Below are positions 26,001 through 41,000 of a stretch of DNA of 64,000 nt, piece by piece (position 1 is the stretch's first letter; the number at the start of each line of letters is the position of its first letter). The notes below the pieces were generated by a model. That model was not told where the DNA came from. It was given only the letters and a program-made list of their open reading frames with translations, and did not search any database. Position numbers and translations under genes: made by a program. Source of the stretch: Squalus acanthias (taxonomy: Eukaryota); assembly GCA_030390025.1 (NCBI GenBank), contig JASTWF010000359.1, forward strand, positions 372,001 through 436,000, given 5' to 3'.

Positions 26001-29000
26001 ATTCTTACCCACAGTCTCCCACTCTAACCCATTCTTACCCACAGTCTCTCACTCTAGCCCATTCTGACACACAATCTCCCATTCTAACCCATTCTTACCC
26101 ACAGTCTCTCACTCTAACCCATTCTTACCCACAGTCTCCCACTTTAACCCATTCTTACCCACAGTCTGTCACTCTAACCCATTCTTACTCACAGTCTCTC
26201 ACTCTAACCCATTCTTACCCACAGTCTCCCACTCCAACCCATTCTTACCCACAGTCTCTCACTCTAACCCATTCTTACCCACAGTCTCTCACTCTAACCC
26301 ATTCTTACCCACAGTCTCCCACTCTAACCCATTCTTACCCACAGTCTTCCACTCGAACCCATTCTTACCCACAGTCTCTCACTCTAACCCATTGTTACCC
26401 ACAGTCTCCCACTTTAACCCATTCTTACCCACAGTCTCTCACTCTAAACCATTCGTCCTCACAAACTCTCACTCTAACACATTATTACCCACAGTCTCTC
26501 ACTCTAACACATTCTTACCCACAGTTTCTCACTCTAACCCATTTTTACCCACAGTCTCTCACTCTAACCCATTCTTACCCACAGTCTCTCACACTAACCC
26601 ATTCTTACACACAGTCTCTCACTCTAACCCATTCTTATCCACTGTCTCCCCCTCTAACCCATTCTTACCCACAGTCTCCCACTCTAACCCATTCTTACCC
26701 ACAGTCTTCCACTCGAACCCATTCTTACCCACAGTCTCCCACTTTAACCCTTTCTTACCCACAGTCTCCCACTCTAACCAATTCTTACCCACAGTCTCTC
26801 CCTCTAACCCATTCTTACCTACAGTCTCTCACTCTAACCCATTCTTACCCACAGTCTCTCACTCTAACCCATTCTTACCCACAGTCTCTCACTCTAACCC
26901 ATTCTTACCCACAGTCTCTCACTCTAACCCATTCTTACTCACAGTCTCTCACTCTAACCCATTCTTACCCACAGTCTCTCACTCTAACCCATTCTTACCC
27001 ACAGTCTCTCACTCTAACCCATTCTTACCCACAGTCTCTCACTCTAACCCATTCTTACCCACAGTCTCTCACTCTAACCCATTCTTACCCACAGTCTCTC
27101 ACTCTAACCCATTCTTACCCACAGTCTCTCACTCTAACCCATTCTTATCAACAGTCTCTCACTCTAACCCATTCTTACCCACAGTCTCCCACTCTAACAC
27201 ATTCTTACCACAGTCTCTCACTCCACCCCATTCTTACCCACAGTCTCTCCCTCTCTAACCCATTCTTACCCACAGTCTCTCACTCTAACCCATTCTTACC
27301 CACAGTATCCCACTCTAACCCATTCTTGCACACAGTCTCTCACTCTCACCCATTCTTATCCACAGACTCTCCTACTCTAACCCATTCTTACCCACAGTCT
27401 CTCACTCTAACCCATTCTTACCCACAGTCTCCCACTCTAACCCATTCTTACCCACAGTCTCTCACTCTAACCCATTCTTACCCACAGTCTCTCACTCTAA
27501 CCCATTCTTACCCACAGTCTCTCACTCTAGCCCATCCTTACCCACAGTCTCTCAGTCTAACCCATTCTTACCCACAGTCTCCCACTCTAACCCATCCTTA
27601 CCCACAGTCTCTCACTCTAACCCATTCTTACCCACAGTCTCTCACTCTAGCCCATTCTTACCCACAGTCTCTCACTCTAACCCATTCTTACCCACAGTCT
27701 CCCACTCTAACCCATTCTTACCCACAGTCTCTCACTCTAACCCATTCTTACCCACAGTCTCTCACTCTAACCCATTCTTACCCACAGTCTCTCACTCTAG
27801 CCCATTCTTACCCACAGTCTCTCACTCTAACCCATTCTTACCCACAGTCTCTCACTCTAGCCCATTCTTACCCACAGTCTCTACCTCTAACCCATTCTTA
27901 CCCACAGTCTCCCACTCTAACCCATTCTTCCCCACAGTCTCTCACTCTAACCCATTCTTACCCACAGTCTCCCACTCTAACCCATTCTTACCCACAGTCT
28001 CTCACTCTAACCCATTCTTACCCACAGTCTCTCACTCTAACCCATTCTTACCCAGTCTCTCACTCTAGCCAATTCTTACCCACAGTCTCCCACTCTAACC
28101 CATTCTTACCAACAGTCTCCCACTCTAACCCATTCCTACCCACAGTCTCTCACTCTAACCCATTCTTACCCATAGTCTCTCACTCTAACACATTCTTATC
28201 CACTGTCTCCCCCTCTAACCCATTCTTACCAACAGTCTCCCACTTTAACCCATTCTTACCCACAATCTCCCACTCTAACCCATTCTTACCAACAGTCTCT
28301 CACTCTAGCCCATTCTGACACACAATCTCCCACTCTAACCCATTTTTACCCACAGTCTCTCACTCTAACCCATTCTTACCCACAGTCTCCCACTTTAACC
28401 CATTCTTACCCACAGTCTCTCACTCCACCCCATTCTTACCCACAGTCTCTCCCACTCTAACCCATTCTTACCCACAGTCTCTCACTCTAACCCATTCTTA
28501 CCCACAGTCTCCCACTCTAACCCATTCTTGCACACAGTCTCTCACTCTAACCCATTCTTATCCACAGACTCTCCTACTCTAACTCATTCTTACCCACAGT
28601 CTCTCACTCTAACCCATTCTTACCCACAGTCTCCCACTCTAACCCATTCTTACCCACAGTCTCTCACTCTAACCCATTCTTACCCACAGTCTCTCACTCT
28701 AACCCATTCTTACCCACAGTCTCTCACTCTAGCCCATCCATACCCACAGTCTCTCACTCTAACCCATTCTTACCCACAGTCTCCCACTCTAACCCATCCT
28801 TACCCACAGTCTCTCACTCTAACCCATTCTTACCCACAGTCTCTCACTCTAACCCATTCTTACCCACAGTCTCCCACTCTAACCCATTCTTACCCACAGT
28901 CTCCCACTCTAACCCATCCTTACCCACAGTCTCTCACTCTAACCCATTCTTACCCACAGTCTCTCACTCTAGCCCATTCTTACCCACAGTCTCTCACTCT

Positions 29001-32000
29001 AACCCATTCTTACCCACAGACTCCCACTCTAACCCATTCTTACCCACAGTCTCTCACTCTAACCCATTCTTACCCACAGTCTCTCACTCTAACCCATTCT
29101 TACCCACAGTCTCTCACTCTAGCCAATTTTTACCCACAATCTCTCACTCTAACCCATTCTTACCCACAGTCTCTCACTCTAGCCCATTCTTACCCACAGT
29201 CTCTCACTCTAACCAATTCTTACCCACAGTCTCCCACTCTAACCCATTCTTACCCACAGTCTCCCACTCTAACCCATTCCTACCCACAGTCTCTCACTCT
29301 AACCCATTCTTACCCACAGTCTCTCACTCTAACACATTCTTATCCACCGTCTCCCCCTCTAACCCATTCTTAACAACAGTCTCCCACTTTAACCCATTCT
29401 TACCCACAATCTCCCACTCTAACCCATTCTTACCCACAGTCTCTCACTCTAGCCCATTCTGACACACAATCTCCCACTCTAACCCATTCTTACCCACAGT
29501 CTCTCACTCTAACCCATTCTTACCCACAGTCTCCCACTTTAACCCATTCTTACCCACAGTCTCTCACTCTAACCCATTCTTACTCACAGTCTCTCACTCT
29601 AACCCATTCTTACCCACAGTCTCCCACTCCAACCCATTCTTACCCACAGTCTCTCACTCTAACCCATTCTTACCCACAGTCTCTCACTCTAACCCATTCT
29701 TACCCACAGTCTCCCACTCTAACCCATTCTTACCCACAGTCTTCCACTCGAACCCATTCTTACCCACAGTCTCTCACTCTAACCCATTGTTACCCACAGT
29801 CTCGCACTTTAACCCATTCTTACCCACAGTCTCTCACTCTAGCCCATCCTTACCCACAGTCTCTCACTCTAACCCATTCTTACCCACAGTCTCCCACTCT
29901 AACCCATCCTTACCCACAGTCTCTCACTCTAACCCATTCTTACCCACAGTCTCTCACTCTAGCCCATTCTTACCCACAGTCTCTCACTCTAACCCATTCT
30001 TACCCACAGTCTCCCACTCTAACCCATTCTTACCCACAGTCTCTCACTCTAAACCATTCTTAACCACAGTCTCTCACTCTAGCCCATTCTTACCCACAGT
30101 CTCTCACTCTAACCCATTCTTACCCACAGTCTCCCACTCTAACCCATTCCTACCCACAGTCTCTCACTCTAACCCATTCTTACCCACAGTCTCTCACTCT
30201 AACACATTCTTATCCACTGTCTCCCCCTCTAACCCATTCTTACCAACAGTCTCCCACTTTAACCCATTCTTACCCACAATCTCCCACTCTAACCCATTCT
30301 TACCAACAGTCTCTCACTCTAGCCCATTCTGACACACAATCTCCCACTCTAACCCATTTTTACCCACAGTCTCTCACTCTAACCCATTCTTACCCACAGT
30401 CTCCCACTTTAACCCATTCTTACCCACAGTCTCTCACTCCACCCATTCTTACCCACAGTCTCTCACTCTAACCCATTCTTACCCACAGTCTCTCACTCTA
30501 ACCCATTCTTACCCACAGTCTCCCACTCTAACCCATCTTACCCACAGTCTCTCACTCTAACCCATTCTTACCCACAGTCTCTCACTCTAACCCATTCTTA
30601 CCCACAGTCTCTCACTCTAGCCCATCCTTACCCACAGTCTCTCACTCTAACCCATTCTTACCCACAGTCTCCCACTCTAACCCATCCTTACCCACAGTCT
30701 CTCACTCTAACCCATTCTTACCCACAGTCTCTCACTCTAGCCCATTCTTACCCACAGTCTCTCACTCTAACCCATTCTTACCCACAGTCTCCACTCTAAC
30801 CCATTCTTACCCACAGTCTCTCACTCTAACCCATTCTTACCCACAGTCTCTCACTCTAACCCATTCTTACCCACAGTCTCTCACTCTAGCCCATTCTTAC
30901 CCACAATCTCTCACTCTAACCCATTCTTACCCACAGTCTCTCACTCTAGCCCATTCTTACCCACAGTCTCCCACTCTAACCCATTCTTACCACAGTCTCT
31001 CACTCTAACCCATTCTTACCCACAGTCTCCACTCTAACCATTCTTACCCACAGTCTCTCACTCTAACCCATTCTTACCCACAGTCTCTCACTCTAACCAT
31101 TCTTACCCACAGTTTCCCACTTTAACCCATTCTTACCCACAGTCTCTCACTCCACCCCATTCTTACCCACAGTCTCTCACTCTAACCCATTCTTACCCAC
31201 AGTCTCTCACTCTAACCCATTCTTACCCACAGTCTCCCACTCTAACCCATTCTTACCCACAGTCTCTCACTCTAACCCATTCTTACCCACAGTCTCTCAC
31301 TCTAACCCATTCTTACCCACAGTCTCTCACTCTAACCCATTCTTACCCACAGTCTCCCACTCTAACCCATTCTTACCCTCAGTCTCTCACTCTAACCCAT
31401 TCTTACCCACAGTCTCTCACTCTAACCCATTCTTACCCACAGTCTCTCACTCTAGCCCATTCTTACCCACAGTCTCTCACTCTAACCCATTCTTACCCAC
31501 AGTCTCCCACTCTAACCCATTCTTACCCACAGTCTCTCACTCTAACCCATTCTTACCCACAGTCTCTCACTCTAACCCATTCTTACCCACAGTCTCTCAC
31601 TCTAGCCCATCCTTACCCACAGTCTCTCACTCTAACCCATTCTTACCCACAGTCTCCCACTCTAACCCATTCTTACCCACAGTCTCTCACTCTAACCCAT
31701 TCTTACCCACAGTCTCTCACTCTAACCCATTCTTACCCACAGTCTCTCACTCTAACCCATTCTTACCCACAGTCTCCCACTCTAACCCATTCTTACCCAC
31801 AGTCTCTCACTCTAACCCATTCTTACCCACAGTCTCTCACTCTAACCCATTCTTACCCACAGTCTCTCACTCTAACCCATTCTTACCCACAGTCTCTCAC
31901 TCTAACCCATTCTTACCCACAGTCTCTCACTCTAACCCATTCTTACCCACAGTCTCCCACTCTAACCCATTCTTACCCACAGTCTCTCACTCTAACCCAT

Positions 32001-35000
32001 TCTTACCCACAGTCTCTCACTCTAACCCATTCTTACCCACAGTCTCTCACTCTAACCCATTCTTACCCACAGTCTCTCACTCTAACCAATTCTTACCCAC
32101 AGTCTCCCACTCTAACCCATTCTTACCCACAGTCTCTCACTCTAACCCATTCCTACCCACAGTCTCTCACTCTAACCCATTCTTACCCACAGTCTCTCAC
32201 TCTAACACATTCTTATCCACTGTCTCCCCCTCTAACCAATTCTTACCAACAGTCTCCCACTTTAACCCATTCTTACCCACAATCTCCCACTCTAACCCAT
32301 TCTTACCCACAGTCTCTCACTCTAGCCCATTCTGACACACAATCTCCCACTCTAACCCATTCTTACCCACAGTCTCTCACTCTAACCCATTCTTACCCAC
32401 AGTCTCCCACTTTAACCCATTCTTACCCACAGTCTCTCACTCTAACCCATTCTTACTCTCAGTCTCTCACTCTAACCCATTCTTACCAACAGTCTCCCAC
32501 TCCAACCCATTCTTACCCACAGTCTCTCACTCTAACCCATTCTTACCCACAGTCTCTCACTCTAACCCATTCTTACCCACAGTCTCCCACTCTAACCCAT
32601 TCTTACCCACAGTCTTCCACTCGAACCCATTCTTACCCACAGTCTCTCACTCTAACCCATTGTTACCCACAGTCTCGCACTTTAACCCATTCTTACCCAC
32701 AGTCTCTCACTCTAACCCATTCGTCCTCACAGTCTCTCACTCTAACCCATTCTTACCCACAGTCTCTCACTCTAACCCATTCTTACTCACAGTCTCTCAC
32801 TCTAACACATTATTACCCACAGTCTCTCACTCTAACACATTCTTACCCACAGTTTCTCACTCTAACCCATTTTTACCCACAGTCTCTCACTCTAACCCAT
32901 TCTTACCCACAGTCTCTCACACTAATCCATTCTTACACACAGTCTCTCACTCTAACCCATTCTTATCCACTGTCTCCCCCTCTCACCCATTCTTACCCAC
33001 AGTCTCCCACTTTAACCCATTCTTACACATAATCTCCCACTCTAACCCATTCTTACCTACAGTCTCTCACTCTAACCCATTCTTACCCACAGTCTCCCAC
33101 TTTAACCCATTCTTACCCACAGTCTCTCACTCTAACCCATTCTTACCCACAGTCTCCCACTCTAACCCATTCTTACCCACAGTCTCCCACTCTAACCCAT
33201 TCTTACCCACAGTCTCTCCCTCTAACCCATTCTTACCTACAGTCTCTCACTCTAACCCATTCTTACCCACAGTCTCTCACTCTAACCCATTCTTACCCAC
33301 AGTCTCTCACTCTAACCCATTCTTACCCACAGTCTCTCACTCTAACCCATTCTTACCCACAGTCTCTCACTCTAACCCATTCTTACCCTCAGTCTCTCAC
33401 TCTAACCCATTCTTACCCACAGTCTCTCACTCTAACCCATTCTTACCCACAGTCTCTCACTCTAACCCATTCTTACCCACAGTCTCTCACTCTAACCCAT
33501 TCTTACCCACAGTCTCTCACTCTAACCCATTCTTATCCACAGTCTCTCACTCTAACCCATTCTTACCCACAGTCTCCCACTCTAAGACATTCTTACCCAC
33601 AGTCTCTCACTCCACCCCATTCTTACCCACAGTCTCTCCACTCTAACCCATTCTTACCCACAGTCTCTCACTCTAACCCATTCTTACCACAGTCTCTCAC
33701 TCTAACCCATTCTTACCCACAATCTCCCACTCTAACCCATTCTTGCACACAGTCTCTCACTCTAACCCATTCTTACCCACTGTCTCTCACTCTAACCCAT
33801 TCTTATCCACAGTCTCTCACTCTAACCCATTCTTAAACACAGTCTCCCACTCTAACACATTCTTACCCAGAGTCTCTCACTCCACCCCATTCTTACCCAC
33901 AGTCTCTCCCACTCTAACCCATTCTTACCCACAGTCTCTCACTCTAGCCCATTCTGACACACAATCTCCCACTCTAACCCATTCTTACCCACAGTCTCTC
34001 ACTCTAACCCATTCTTACCCACAGTCTCCCACTTTAACCCATTCTTACCCACAGTCTCTCACTCTAACCCATTCTTACTCACAGTCTCTCACTCTAACCC
34101 ATTCTTACCAACAGTCTCCCACTCCAACCCATTCTTACCCACAGTCTCTCACTCTAACCCATTCTTACCCACAGTCTCTCACTCTAACCCATTCTTACCC
34201 ACAGTCTCCCACTCTAACCCATTCTTACCCACAGTCTTCCACTCGAACCCATTCTTACCCACAGTCTCTCACTCTAACCCATTGTTACCCACAGTCTCGC
34301 ACTTTAACCCATTCTTACCCACAGTCTCTCACTCTAACCCATTCGTCCTCACAGTCTCTCACTCTAACCCATTCTTACCCACAGTCTCTCACTCTAACCC
34401 ATTCTTACTCACAGTCTCTCACTCTAACACATTATTACCCACAGTCTCTCACTCTAACACATTCTTACCCACAGTTTCTCACTCTAACCCATTTTTACCC
34501 ACAGTCTCTCACTCTAACCCATTCTTACCCACAGTCTCTCACACTAATCCATTCTTACACACAGTCTCTCACTCTAACCCATTCTTATCCACTGTCTCCC
34601 CCTCTCACCCATTCTTACCCACAGTCTCCCACTTTAACCCATTCTTACACATAATCTCCCACTCTAACCCATTCTTACCTACAGTCTCTCACTCTAACCC
34701 ATTCTTACCCACAGTCTCCCACTTTAACCCATTCTTACCCACAGTCTCTCACTCTAACCCATTCTTACCCACAGTCTCCCACTCTAACCCATTCTTACCC
34801 ACAGTCTCCCACTCTAACCCATTCTTACCCACAGTCTCTCCCTCTAACCCATTCTTACCTACAGTCTCTCACTCTAACCCATTCTTACCCACAGTCTCTC
34901 ACTCTAACCCATTCTTACCCACAGTCTCTCACTCTAACCCATTCTTACCCACAGTCTCTCACTCTAACCCATTCTTACCCACAGTCTCTCACTCTAACCC

Positions 35001-38000
35001 ATTCTTACCCTCAGTCTCTCACTCTAACCCATTCTTACCCACAGTCTCTCACTCTAACCCATTCTTACCCACAGTCTCTCACTCTAACCCATTCTTACCC
35101 ACAGTCTCTCACTCTAACCCATTCTTACCCACAGTCTCTCACTCTAACCCATTCTTATCCACAGTCTCTCACTCTAACCCATTCTTACCCACAGTCTCCC
35201 ACTCTAAGACATTCTTACCCACAGTCTCTCACTCCACCCCATCCTTACCCACAGTCTCTCACTCTAACCCATTCTTAGCCACAGTCTCCCACTCTAACCC
35301 ATCCTTACCCACAGTCTCTCACTCTAACCCATTCTTACCCACAGTCTCTCACTCTAGCCCATTCTTACCCACAGTCTCTCACCCTAACCCATTCTTACCC
35401 ACAGTCTCCCACTCGAACCCATTCTTACCCACAGTCTCTCACTCTAACCCATTCTTACCCACAGTCTCTCACTCTAACCCATTCTTACCCACAGTCTCTC
35501 ACTCTAGCCCATTCTTACCCACAGTCTCTCACTCTAACCCATTCTTACCCACAGTCTCTCACTCTAGCCCATTCTTACCCACAGTCTCTCACTCTAACCC
35601 ATTCTTACCCACAGTCTCCCACTCTAACCCATTCTTACCCACAGTCTCTCACTCTAACCCATTCTTACCCACAGTCTCTCACTCTAACCCATTCTTACCC
35701 ACAGTCTCTCACTCTAACCCATTCTTACCCACAGTCTCTCACTCTAACCCATTCTTACCCACAGTCTCTCACTCTAACCCATTCTTACCCACAGTCTCCC
35801 ACTCTAACCCATTCTTACCCACAGTCTCCCACTCTAACCCATTCTTACCTACAGTCTCTCACTCTAACCCATTCTTACCCACAGTCTCCCACTTTAACCC
35901 ATTCTTACCCACAGTCTCTCACTCTAACCCATTCTTACCCACAGTCTCCCACTCTAACCCATTCTTACCACAGTCTCCCACTCTAACCCATTCTTACCCA
36001 CAGTCTCTCCCTCTAACCCATTCTTACCTACAGTCTCTCACTCTAACCCATTCTTACCCACAGTCTCTCACTCTAACCCATTCTTACCCACAGTCTCTCA
36101 CTCTAACCCATTCTTACCCACAGTCTCTCACTCTAACCCATTCTTACCCACAGTCTCTCACTCTAACCCATTCTTACCCACAGTCTCTCACTCTAACCCA
36201 TTCTTACCCACAGTCTCTCACTCTAACCCATTCTTACCCACAGTCTCTCACTCTAACCCATTCTTATCCACAGTCTCTCACTCTAACCCATTCTTACCCA
36301 CAGTCTCCCACTCTAAGACATTCTTACCCACAGTCTCTCACTCCACCCAATTCTTACCCACAGTCTCTCCACTCTAACCCATTCTTACCCACAGTCTCTC
36401 ACTCTAACCCATTCTTACCCACAGTCTCCCACTCTAACCCATTCTTGCACTCAGTCTCTCACTCTAACCCATTCTTACCCACTGTCTCTCACTCTAACCC
36501 ATTCTTATCCACAGTCTCTCACTCTAACCCATTCTTACCCACAGTCTCCCACTCTAACACATTCTTACCCAGAGTCTCTCACTCCACCCCATTCTTACCC
36601 ACAGTCTCTCCCACTCTAACCCATTCTTACCCACAGTCTCTCACTCTAACCCATTCTTACCCACAGTCTCCCACTCTAACCCATTCTTACCCACAGTCTC
36701 TCACTCTAACCCATTCTTACCCACAGTCTCTCACTCTAACCAATTCTTACCCACAGTCTCCCACTCTAACCCATTCTTACCCACAGTCTCCCACTCTAAC
36801 CCATTCTACCCACAGTCTCTCACTCTAACCCATTCTTACCCACAGTCTCTCACTCTAACACATTCTTATCCACTGTCTCCCCTCTAACCAATTCTTACCC
36901 ACAGTCTCTCCCACTCTAACCCATTCTTACCCACAGTCTCTCACTCTAACCCATTCTTACCCACAGTCTCCCACTCTAACCCATTCTTGCACACAGTCTC
37001 TCACTCTAACCCATTCTTACCACAGTCTCCCACTCTAACCCATCTTACCCACAGTCTCTCACTCTAACCCATTCTTACCCACAGTCTCTCACTCTAACCC
37101 ATTCTTACCCACAGTCTCCCACTCTAACCCATCTTACCCACAGTCTCTCACTCTAACCCATTCTTACCCACAGTCTCTCACTCTAGCCCATTCTTACCCA
37201 CAGTCTCTCACTCTAACCCATTCTTACCCACAGTCTCCCACTCTAACCCATTCTTACCCACAGTCTCTCACTCTAACCCATTCTTACCCACAGTCTCTCA
37301 CTCTAACCCATTCTTACCCACAGTCTCTCACTCTAACCCATTCTTACCCACAGTCTCTCACTCTAACCCATTCTTACCCACAGTCTCTCACTCTAACCCA
37401 TTCTTACCCACAGTCTCCCACTCTAACCCATTCTTACCCACAGTCTCTCACTCTAACCCATTCTTACCCTACAGTCTCTCACTCTAACCCATTCTTACCC
37501 ACAGTCTCCCACTCTAACCCATTCTTACCCACAGTCTCTCACTCTAACCCATTCTTACCCACAGTCTCCCACTCTAACCCATTCTTACCCACAGTCTCCC
37601 ACTCTAACCCATTCTTACCCACAGTCTCTCCCTCTAACCCATTCTTACCTACAGTCTCTCACTCTAACCATTCTTACCCACAGTCTCTCACTCTAACCCA
37701 TTCTTACCCACAGTCTCTCACTCTAACCCATTCTTACCCACAGTCTCTCACTCTAACCCATTCTTACCCACAGTCTCTCACTCTAACCCATTCTTACCCA
37801 CAGTCTCTCACTCTAACCCATTCTTACCCACAGTCTCTCACTCTAACCCATTCTTACCCACAGTCTCTCACTCTAACCCATTCTTATCCACAGTCTCTCA
37901 CTCTAACCCATTCTTACCCACAGTCTCCCACTCTAAGACATTCTTACCCACAGTCTCTCACTCCACCCATTCTTACCCACAGTCTCTCCCACTCTAACCC

Positions 38001-41000
38001 ATTCTTACCCACAGTCTCTCACTCTAACCCATTCTTACCCACAGTCTCCCACTCTAACCCATTCTTGCACTCAGTCTCTCACTCTAACCCATTCTTACCC
38101 ACTGTCTCTCACTCTAACCCATTCTTATCCACAGTCTCTCACTCTAACCCATTCTTACCCACAGTCTCCCACTCTAACACATTCTTACCCAGAGTCTCTC
38201 ACTCCACCCCATTCTTACCCACAGTCTCTCCCACTCTAACCCATTCTTACCCACAGTCTCTCACTCTAACCCATTCTTACCCACAGTCTCCCACTCTAAC
38301 CCATTCTTGCACACAGTCTCTCACTCTAACCCATTCTTACCCACAGTCTCTCACTCTAACCAATTCTTACCCACAGTCTCCCACTCTAACCCATTCTTAC
38401 CCACAGTCTCCCACTCTAACCCATTCCTACCCACAGTCTCTCACTCTTACCCATTCTTACCCACAGTCTCTCACTCTAACACATTCTTATCCACTGTCTC
38501 CCCCTCTAACCAATTCTTACCCACAGTCTCTCCCACTCTAACCCATTCTTACCCACAGTCTCTCACTCTAACCCATTCTTACCCACAGTCTCCCACTCTA
38601 ACCCATTCTTGCACACAGTCTCTCACTCTAACCCATTCTTACCCACAGTCTCTCACTCTAACCATTCTTACCCACAGTCTCCACTCTAACCCATTCTTAC
38701 CCACAGTCTCCCACTCTAACCCATTCTTACCCACAGTCTCCCACTCTAACCCATTCTTACCCACAGTCTCTCACTCTAGCCCATTCTGACCCACAAGTCT
38801 CTCACTCTAACCCATTCTTACCCACAGTCTCTCACTCTAACCCATTCTTACCCACAGTCTCCCACTCTAACCATTCTTACCCACAGTCTCTCACTCTAAC
38901 CCATTCTTACCCACAGTCTCTCACTCTAACCCATTCTTACCCACAGTCTCGCACTCTAACCCATTCTTACCCACAGTCTCTCACTCTAACCCATTCGTAC
39001 CCACAGTCTCTCACTCTAACCCATTCTTACCCACAGTCTCTCACTCTAACCCATTCTTACTCACAGTCTCTCACTCTAACCCATTCTTACCCACAGTCTC
39101 GCACTCTAACACATTCTTACCCACAGTTCTCACTCTAACCCATTTTTACCCACAGTCTCTCACTCTAACCCATTCTTACCCACAGTCTCTCACACTAACC
39201 CTTTCTTATCCACTGTCTCCCCCTCTAACCCATTCTTACCCACAGTCTCCCACTTTAACCCATTCTTACACATAATCTCCCACTCTAACCCATTCTTACC
39301 TACAGTCTCTCACTCTAACCCATTCTTACCCACAGTCTCTCACTCTAACCCATTCTTACCCACAGTCTCTCACTCTAACCCATTCTTACCCACAGTCTCC
39401 CACTCTAACCCATTCTTACCCACAGTCTCCCACTCTAACCCATTCTTACCCACAGTCTCTCCCTCTAACCCATTCTTACCTACAGTCTCTCACTCTAACC
39501 CATTCTTACCCACAGTCTCTCACTCTAACCCATTCTTACCCACAGTCTCTCACTCTAACCCATTCTTACCCACAGTCTCTCACTCTAACCCATTCTTACC
39601 CACAGTCTCTCACTCTAACCCATTCTTACCCTCAGTCTCTCACTCTAACCCATTCTTACCCACAGTCTCTCACTCTAACCCATTCTTACCCACAGTCTCT
39701 CACTCTAACCCATTCTTACCCACAGTCTCTCACTCTAACCCATTCTTACCCACAGTCTCTCACTCTAACCCATTCTTATCCACAGTCTCTCACTCTAACC
39801 CATTCTTACCCACAGTCTCCCACTCTAAGACATTCTTACCCACAGTCTCTCACTCCACCCCATTCTTACCCACAGTCTCTCCCACTCTAACCCATTCTTA
39901 CCCACAGTCTCTCACTCTAACCCATTCTTACCCACAGTCTCCCACTCTAACCCATTCTTGCACACAGTCTCTCACTCTAACCCATTCTTACCCACTGTCT
40001 CTCACTCTAACCCATTCTTATCCACAGTCTCTCACTCTAACCCATTCTTACCCACAGTCTCCCACTCTAACACATTCTTACCCAGAGTCTCTCACTCCAC
40101 CCCATTCTTACCCACAGTCTCTCCCACTCTAACCCATTCTTACCCACAGTCTCTCACTCTAACCCATTCTTACCCACAGTCTCCCACTCTAACCCATTCT
40201 TGCACACAGTCTCTCACTCTAACCCATTCTTATCCCACAGACTCTCCTACTCTAACACATTCTTACCCACAGTCTCTCACTCTAACCCATTCTTACCCAC
40301 AGTCTCCCACTCTAACCATTCTTACCCACAGTCTCTCACTCTAACCCATTCTTACCCACAGTCTCTCACTCTAACCCATTCTTACCCACAGTCTCTCACT
40401 CTAGCCCATCCTTACCCACAGTCTCTCACTCTAACCCATTCTTACCCACAGTCTCCCACTCTAACCCATCCTTACCCACAGTCTCTCACTCTAACCCATT
40501 CTTACCCACAGTCTCTCACTCTAGCCCATTCTTACCCACAGTCTCTCACTCTAACCCATTCTTACCCACAGTCTCCACTCTTACCCATTCTTAACCACAG
40601 TCTCTCACTCTAACCCATTCTTACCCACAGTCTCTCACTCTAACCCATTCTACCCACAGTCTCTCACTCTAGCCCATTCTTACCCACAGTCTCTCACTCT
40701 AACCCATTCTTACCACAGTCTCTCACTCTAGCCCATTCTTACCCACAGTCTCTCACTCTAACCCATTCTTACCCACAGTCTCCCACTCTAACCCATTCTT
40801 CCCCACAGTCTCTCACTCTAACCCATTCTTACCCATAGTCTCCCACTCTAAGCCATTCTTACCCACAGTCTCTCACTCTAACCCATTCTTACCCACAGTC
40901 TCTCACTCTAACCCATTCTTACCCACAGTCTCTCACTCTAACCAATTCTTACCCACAGTCTCCCACTCTAACCCATTCTTACCAACAGTCTCCCACTCTA